From: Nitrospirota bacterium
GTDB taxonomy: Bacteria > Nitrospirota > Nitrospiria > Nitrospirales > Nitrospiraceae
Assembly (NCBI GenBank): GCA_963701855.1
Contig: CAVPBK010000006.1
Location: forward strand, 544,001-608,000
DNA length: 64,000 bases
Reading direction: 5' to 3'
The notes under the pieces were generated by a model. That model worked only from the letters and a program-made list of their open reading frames with translations, was not told the DNA's origin and ran no database searches. The position numbers were made by a program, and so were the translations under genes. Positions 59,237 to 64,000 of the stretch are shown here, piece after piece (within the stretch, counting starts at the first letter, position 1; every line of letters begins with the position of its first letter).

Positions 59237-59857
59237 CTAACGGGTCACGATGGGAAGGATAGCCAGAAATGTCTCGCGGCTGAATTCCGGCATCTGACCT
59301 GATTGAATCCGCGGATCGGAGAACGGCAGGAACCGGACGATCTTCAAGAAGGACCGTTCGGCCAACACGGCGGCGATCTGCGCCTTGCGATCGTGGGTAA
59401 TCGGCAACGTATACCCCTCGCCACGTTTCCATTCCCACAACGTCGGCGCCAATGACAGTTCCAGCCCCTGCCCGGCGAGCTGATGAAACCGGTTCACAAT
59501 CCGTGCCTTGTGCTGCGTGATCCCCTCCCCCTCCAACATCAAGGCGCACACGACGTAGTGCCCCCACCAAAAGAGCGTTCGAAAAGCAAACGCGTTCGAG
59601 TCCTGGAAGTGTTTTGGAAAGTCCAGATATTGGTAGGGAAAGAGTTCCAGAGACTCTCCCTTCACAAAGTGATGGTTGGCGGAATTGAAGTCCGGCGGAG
59701 TCACGAGAACAGCCGATGCCACTTCCTCTTTCAAGGTCGCATGCGTGGCCGTGAGCAAGCGGCGCACCTTAGCCATAATCTGCGCCTTGGTGAGAAAAAA
59801 GCGCTGATCAGCCATCAAGGCCGCTTCTTCGTGACTAAACTGTGATGGCAATGGCAT
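59237..59857 (-). CDS. Hypothetical protein
   Basis: KGESLELFPYQYLDFPK..AFRTLFWWG; function unknown. Confidence 0.75.
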   Translation of the reverse strand: MPLPSQFSHEEAALMADQRFFLTKAQIMAKVRRLLTATHATLKEEVASAVLVTPPDFNSANHHFVKGESLELFPYQYLDFPKHFQDSNAFAFRTLFWWGHYVVCALMLEGEGITQHKARIVNRFHQLAGQGLELSLAPTLWEWKRGEGYTLPITHDRKAQIAAVLAERSFLKIVRFLPFSDPRIQSGQMPEFSRETFLAILPIVTR

Positions 59858-59896
59858 GGTTGACGATCGGTGGACGACTGTCACGAAAAACGCCGG

Positions 59897-60265
59897 CTAC
59901 TTTTGATGCGTTTCGAACTGAGAGACTATCAGATCGTACTGCGCACGGCACTCCGCACAGCGAAGCCACAGCGCATCCTGAAACACATCCATCTCCCGAA
60001 GAGACAGGGCGGGAGCATGGGTGCCCATGCAGGCCTTAAGCGCTACGAGCCCATCCGGCGGCGCAGGATCCGGCTCAGGCAAGGAAGAATCCCCCGTCGA
60101 TACTTGTCTGGTGATTACACCGGTAGTCACCCGATGCACCATGCGGCAGGAGCTGCACGTCAGCACCACGATACGCTCCGGCTCGACGCGCTTGACCGTC
60201 AGGCAGAGCGGATGCACCGACCAACATTGTTGGAGAAAGGCCCCGCTCCGGATAATCTCTGCCAT
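59897..60265 (-). CDS. Hypothetical protein with two Cx3H...CxxC modules
   Basis: GAGG RBS; internal duplication visible in the translation. Confidence 0.75.
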   Translation of the reverse strand: MAEIIRSGAFLQQCWSVHPLCLTVKRVEPERIVVLTCSSCRMVHRVTTGVITRQVSTGDSSLPEPDPAPPDGLVALKACMGTHAPALSLREMDVFQDALWLRCAECRAQYDLIVSQFETHQK

Positions 60266-60280
60266 CGACCATCCTCACAC

Positions 60281-60378
60281 GTCTGTCTCGTTCGTCTGGT
60301 TTGTTTTGTTTATTTGGTTCGTTTGGTTCAAGTTTCGTTCAACCAAAAAAACCAGACAGACCAGATAAACCAAACAAC
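60281..60378. repeat. Inverted array of degenerate 9-mers (family B)
   Basis: TCTGGTT/TTTGGTT repeats then AACCAGA repeats. Confidence 0.75.
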
Positions 60379-60385
60379 AATCTTC

Positions 60386-60724
60386 TCAGAGTGCCCACAG
60401 AGCCACCATCACTAACACCCCGATCACATAGGGGAGCACACAGGAATAGAGCACTGCCGACCACGCACGGCCCGGCGACTCATTGCGCGACAGCTGCTCC
60501 TTGTAGACGAATTCTCGGGAGAGGATCAATACGGTAAGAGTCAGCGCCAGCGTCCCGCTGGTCCGTGGCCAGGTGTAGGAACCACTGATGAGAAAGTTCG
60601 CCGTGAACAATCCACTGAGGAGGAGAATCACCGGCGCCAGGATGAGCCGGACTAAGTCGGAAAAAAAAGCATGCCGCCAGCCCGGACGGGCTTCCACCGA
60701 TCTTGATTGTGAGTGAGAATTCAC
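60386..60724 (-). CDS. Small membrane protein (3 TM)
   Basis: Three hydrophobic segments; GTGA overlap with the upstream gene. Confidence 0.7.
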   Translation of the reverse strand: MNSHSQSRSVEARPGWRHAFFSDLVRLILAPVILLLSGLFTANFLISGSYTWPRTSGTLALTLTVLILSREFVYKEQLSRNESPGRAWSAVLYSCVLPYVIGVLVMVALWAL

Positions 60725-61008
60725 GACCCGACGGCCACCGGAATCACCGTCTTTGGCGGAATGGAAGGAGTGCTATCTTGGGCAGTACGACAACTCTTAC
60801 ACACACGGGGACGGGCTTTCAGGAACGAAACCTTTCCGTTGGCCAGGCAGCTGTAGTGGACAAAGTCCTCGCACAACGCGCAACGAGACCATCCGCCGCT
60901 GAAAAACGTCTTATTGCGGTAGAGCTCTTCCTTGCAGACCTTGCAGTACCGGGGCTCAATCCCCAACAACATTGGCTCCCAGGTCCCGGCGGCTTTTCTG
61001 ATACTCAT
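60721..61008 (-). CDS. C4HC3 (PHD-like) zinc-finger protein
   Basis: CKVC-x17-CALC-x4-H-x2-C-x15-CKSC. Start uncertain (61056/61008/60972). Confidence 0.7.
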   Translation of the reverse strand: MSIRKAAGTWEPMLLGIEPRYCKVCKEELYRNKTFFSGGWSRCALCEDFVHYSCLANGKVSFLKARPRVCKSCRTAQDSTPSIPPKTVIPVAVGS

Positions 61009-61120
61009 GCATCGGAGTATATCGAAGCGTTCGTCGGAAAAACAAGGAGCCTTCACTTTTAGCTCGATGGTGAGGAACGGGAAACGCTACAATTTATTGG
61101 AATGAGTAAACAGTCTATTT

Positions 61121-61731
61121 CTAGCGACGATGGCTACTTCTGCGCGATTCTTTCTTCGGAGGTTGAAACGTGCACACAGGAACAAGATGGCTGGCCTCGA
61201 TCAGATAGAAGGTTGTTCCGAGATGTGGTAGATCTCCTGCTCTTTCTTCTACCGTATCCCAAGTCACTACATATATATGTGACACCGTTTTTGTGATGCT
61301 AACAGAGTCATGCCTCTTCAGGTCAAAGAGGTGGGCAGGCTCTATCGAAAAAAATGGTCCAGCCCTGTATAGAGATTGGATGTGACCTCATCCAATACAT
61401 CTTTGCCTTCAGGACCTAGGTACAAGTTTTCGAACTGATACTGCCCAGTAAAAAAAGTTCGACGAGATAGACGCTGCAATGATCCATCATTCTCGAACTT
61501 AATTTGGACTGTGGCAGTGGTATCCGAAAGCTGCTCCCACTCAATAGGGATTTCGTTTGGCACGATTGGAAAGTCAAATTTTGAGGTGGGACACTTGTGC
61601 TCCAAAGACTGAAACGTTTGTACCCAGCTCCGAATTGATGCTGCAGAGGCAGAGCAATTCCAAGCAACAACTATAAGACTAAATGCTAGAAGAAAATTAC
61701 GACTCATGATGCGGATTATACCAAGGGTCAT
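61121..61731 (-). pseudogene. AT-rich secreted hypothetical protein frameshifted at a T7 run
   Basis: Signal peptide; stop at 61342 just after T7 (61354-61348); the alternative frame stays open for 75 more codons to 61121. Confidence 0.55.
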
Positions 61732-61819
61732 CCATATGGCCTCTCTTATTCCTCATTCTCCCAGGGACTACACTCGTGATTGGGTCCACAGCGCCCGTTG
61801 ATCTAGCACGCCATTTTTA

Positions 61820-62073
61820 AGGGAGAGGGGTTTTGTTGGTCTCCCACTGTGCGCGTCCAATGAGGAGTCCCCAACTCCCTATTCTCCTCTCTTTAGGGAG
61901 TGGCCGAGGCTGCCCTTTACTGCGCACATCGAACGATATACATGCTCCCTCCAAGCTTGCTCGTGTTTTCTCTAGGGATGGGGGCTGATTGATCTTCTAC
62001 TGCGCGCGTCCAACGAGGGCCTGCCGAGGCCGCGCGTTGCGCGAGCACAGAAGATCATCAGGCTCCATCCCCC
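61820..62073. repeat. Compound cluster of family C repeats
   Basis: Three ACTG(C/T)GC(G/A)C cores; 61896-61927 matches 30843; 61945-62073 matches the reverse complement of 33987-34113. Confidence 0.85.
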
Positions 62074-62080
62074 GCTCCGT

Positions 62081-62109
62081 TTGACAGCCTCCGGGCCATT
62101 TGCTACGCT
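62081..62109 (+). promoter_or_regulatory. sigma70-type promoter for ispA-hpnA
   Basis: TTGACA-17-TACGCT with extended TG. Confidence 0.6.
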
Positions 62110-62152
62110 CCGCGCCGGTTCAGCGCCTGTCGCAGCACAGGTAATTTATCCC

Positions 62153-63043
62153 ATGAACATCAAGGACTACCTCGAACAGAAGCGGATCGATGTGGATCGG
62201 TTCCTCGATGCCGTCATGCCTGGCGTTGCCACGCCGCCCACCACACTCCACGAGAGCATGCGCTACAGTCTCATGGCGGGAGGGAAGCGTGTCCGCCCGA
62301 TCCTGGCCATCGCCGCGGCGGAAGCGGTTGGGCAGTCGGCGCCGGGGTTGATGCCGATTGCCTGTTCCCTGGAGCTGATCCACACCTACTCCTTGATTCA
62401 CGACGACCTGCCCGCGATGGACAACGACGACTTTCGGCGCGGGAAACCGACGAATCACAAGGTCTACGGCGATGCGATGGCAATCCTGGCCGGTGACGCG
62501 TTATTGACGATGGCCTTCGATCTCTGCAGTCATCCGGATCTGATGAAGGGCTGCGACCCGACGCGCCAAGTGCGACTGATTCAAGAACTAGCCTACGGAT
62601 CGGGAAACATGGGAATGGTGGGCGGTCAGGTACTTGATATCCAGGCTGAAAACAAGGACATTGATCTTCCGACGCTCCAGAACATCCACAAACATAAGAC
62701 CGGCATGTTGATTCGCGCAGCGGTGCGGATGGGCGCCCTTGCCGCCGGTGCAAGCGATCGACAACTGGACGATCTCACGAGCTATGCTGAGGACGTCGGA
62801 CTGGCCTTTCAGATCGCAGACGATGTGCTCAACGTGACCGGCACCCGCGAGGAACTGGGCAAGAATCCCAATACCGACGCAGAACGCGGAAAAAAAACCT
62901 ACCCGACGTTCTACGGGGCCGAGGGAGCCAGAACACTAGCGGACGACTGCGTGGCCCGCGCAATCGCCCGCCTCTCTCCCTTCGGTCCAGCCGCAGACCC
63001 GCTCCGCGAACTGGCCCGGTATATCACGTCACGGAAAAACTAG
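62153..63043 (+). CDS. ispA: Farnesyl/geranylgeranyl diphosphate synthase
   Basis: GGKRVRP, HTYSLIHDDLPAMD..RRG, FQIADDVL, GK..TYP. Confidence 0.93.
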   Translation: MNIKDYLEQKRIDVDRFLDAVMPGVATPPTTLHESMRYSLMAGGKRVRPILAIAAAEAVGQSAPGLMPIACSLELIHTYSLIHDDLPAMDNDDFRRGKPTNHKVYGDAMAILAGDALLTMAFDLCSHPDLMKGCDPTRQVRLIQELAYGSGNMGMVGGQVLDIQAENKDIDLPTLQNIHKHKTGMLIRAAVRMGALAAGASDRQLDDLTSYAEDVGLAFQIADDVLNVTGTREELGKNPNTDAERGKKTYPTFYGAEGARTLADDCVARAIARLSPFGPAADPLRELARYITSRKN

Positions 63044-63141
63044 TGCTGAGCCATGAGTGCTGAGACGGAAACAGGATCATACGCCCTAATATGCTGTTCG
63101 GGCAGCAATCCTGTCTTAACCCTCCCCCCTCAGCACTTTCC

Positions 63142-64000
63142 ATGAAAGTTCTCGTCACTGGCGCAACCGGATTTGTCGGCGGCGCAGTGGTACGCGCGCT
63201 GGTCAAGAGCGGCATTGATGTCCGCGTTCTGGCACGAGCAAGAGCTGACCTCCAGAATCTTCAGAATCTGACCGTCGAGCGGGTCGAAGGCGATCTGCGC
63301 GATCCAACCTCGTTGCGCACATCGCTCACCGGCTGCCGGCAGCTCTACCATGTGGCGGCGCACTATGCGCTCTGGGCCAAAGATCCGTCGATCTTTTACG
63401 ACATCAATGTCACTGGCACGAAGAATCTACTGGAAGCGGCTCGCGAAGTCGGTACCGAACGGATCGTCTACTGCAGCACCATCGGCGCGATCGGCCTTCC
63501 ACACGGCGGAGGGCTCGGCACGGAAGAGACGCCCGTCTCGCTCGAACAGATGGCTGGCCACTACAAACGGTCGAAGTACCTGGCTGAACAAGAAGTCTTG
63601 AAGCTCGCAAAGGCAGGGCTGCCGGTCGTCATTGTGAATCCGAGCGCCCCGGTCGGCACAGGCGACGTGAAGCCAACTCCAACGGGGCAAGTCATCGTAG
63701 ATTTCATGAAAGGCCGCATGCCGGCCTATATCGAAACTGGGATGAATATCGTGGACGTCGATGACGTGGCTGCCGGCCACCTGCTCGCAATGGAAAAGGG
63801 TCGGATCGGCGAGCGATACATTCTGGGCAACAAGAACTTGATGCTGCGTGAGGTGCTTGAGATCTTGAGTCGCCTGACCGGCGTCAAGGCGCCCTCGATC
63901 AAGTTGCCAAGATTGGCAATCCTTCCGTTGGCCTATGCCAATCAATGGATCGCAAATCTCACGGGCCAGTCTCCTCGTATTCCGCTGGAAGGGGTGAAGA
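63142..64000 (+). CDS. hpnA: Hopanoid-associated NAD-dependent epimerase/dehydratase (partial, runs off window)
   Basis: Manual translation: MKVLVTGATGFVGG..YHVAAHYALW..HYKRSK..VNPSAPVG..DVKPTPTG..MPAYIETG. Absent from the ORF track. Confidence 0.82.
   Translation, partial: MKVLVTGATGFVGGAVVRALVKSGIDVRVLARARADLQNLQNLTVERVEGDLRDPTSLRTSLTGCRQLYHVAAHYALWAKDPSIFYDINVTGTKNLLEAAREVGTERIVYCSTIGAIGLPHGGGLGTEETPVSLEQMAGHYKRSKYLAEQEVLKLAKAGLPVVIVNPSAPVGTGDVKPTPTGQVIVDFMKGRMPAYIETGMNIVDVDDVAAGHLLAMEKGRIGERYILGNKNLMLREVLEILSRLTGVKAPSIKLPRLAILPLAYANQWIANLTGQSPRIPLEGVK

Noticed and set aside
53260..60378. 9-mer arrays as CRISPR or as Trp/Phe-rich peptides
   Set aside because: No repeat-spacer structure or cas genes; the ORFs are repeat artefacts.
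61975..62073. Family C as a hammerhead ribozyme or tRNA
   Set aside because: No CUGANGA/GAAA core and no cloverleaf or T-loop on either strand.

Overview
Bacterial chromosomal window of fairly high GC. Gene content and intergenic repeat style suggest Nitrospira/Nitrospirota (inference). The left half is housekeeping on the minus strand: ispE (partial)-pilR-pilS-pilC, a PgsA-like gene, and an extended dcw cluster (rsmH-ftsL-ftsI-murE-murF-mraY-murD-ftsW-murG-murC-murB-ddl-ftsQ-ftsA-ftsZ-pgeF-proC-yggT-divIVA-serine hydrolase). The cluster lacks mraZ but keeps MraZ-type boxes in its promoter. The right half is more accessory: yajQ; cstA with a duplicated 5' end flanking a mazEF-type toxin-antitoxin pair; an AT-rich ~575-codon PD-(D/E)XK-like gene split by an intact IS3-family element; a six-gene aminoethylphosphonate/phosphonolipid-like operon with no pepM; six stand-alone PilZ genes (four in tandem); a TetR-RND efflux unit; SCP2; SpeD; small Zn-binding proteins, one with an exact PHD-finger C4HC3 pattern; and ispA-hpnA (partial). 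At least three families of structured intergenic repeats are present, two showing compensatory base changes. No rRNA, tRNA or CRISPR array was seen.
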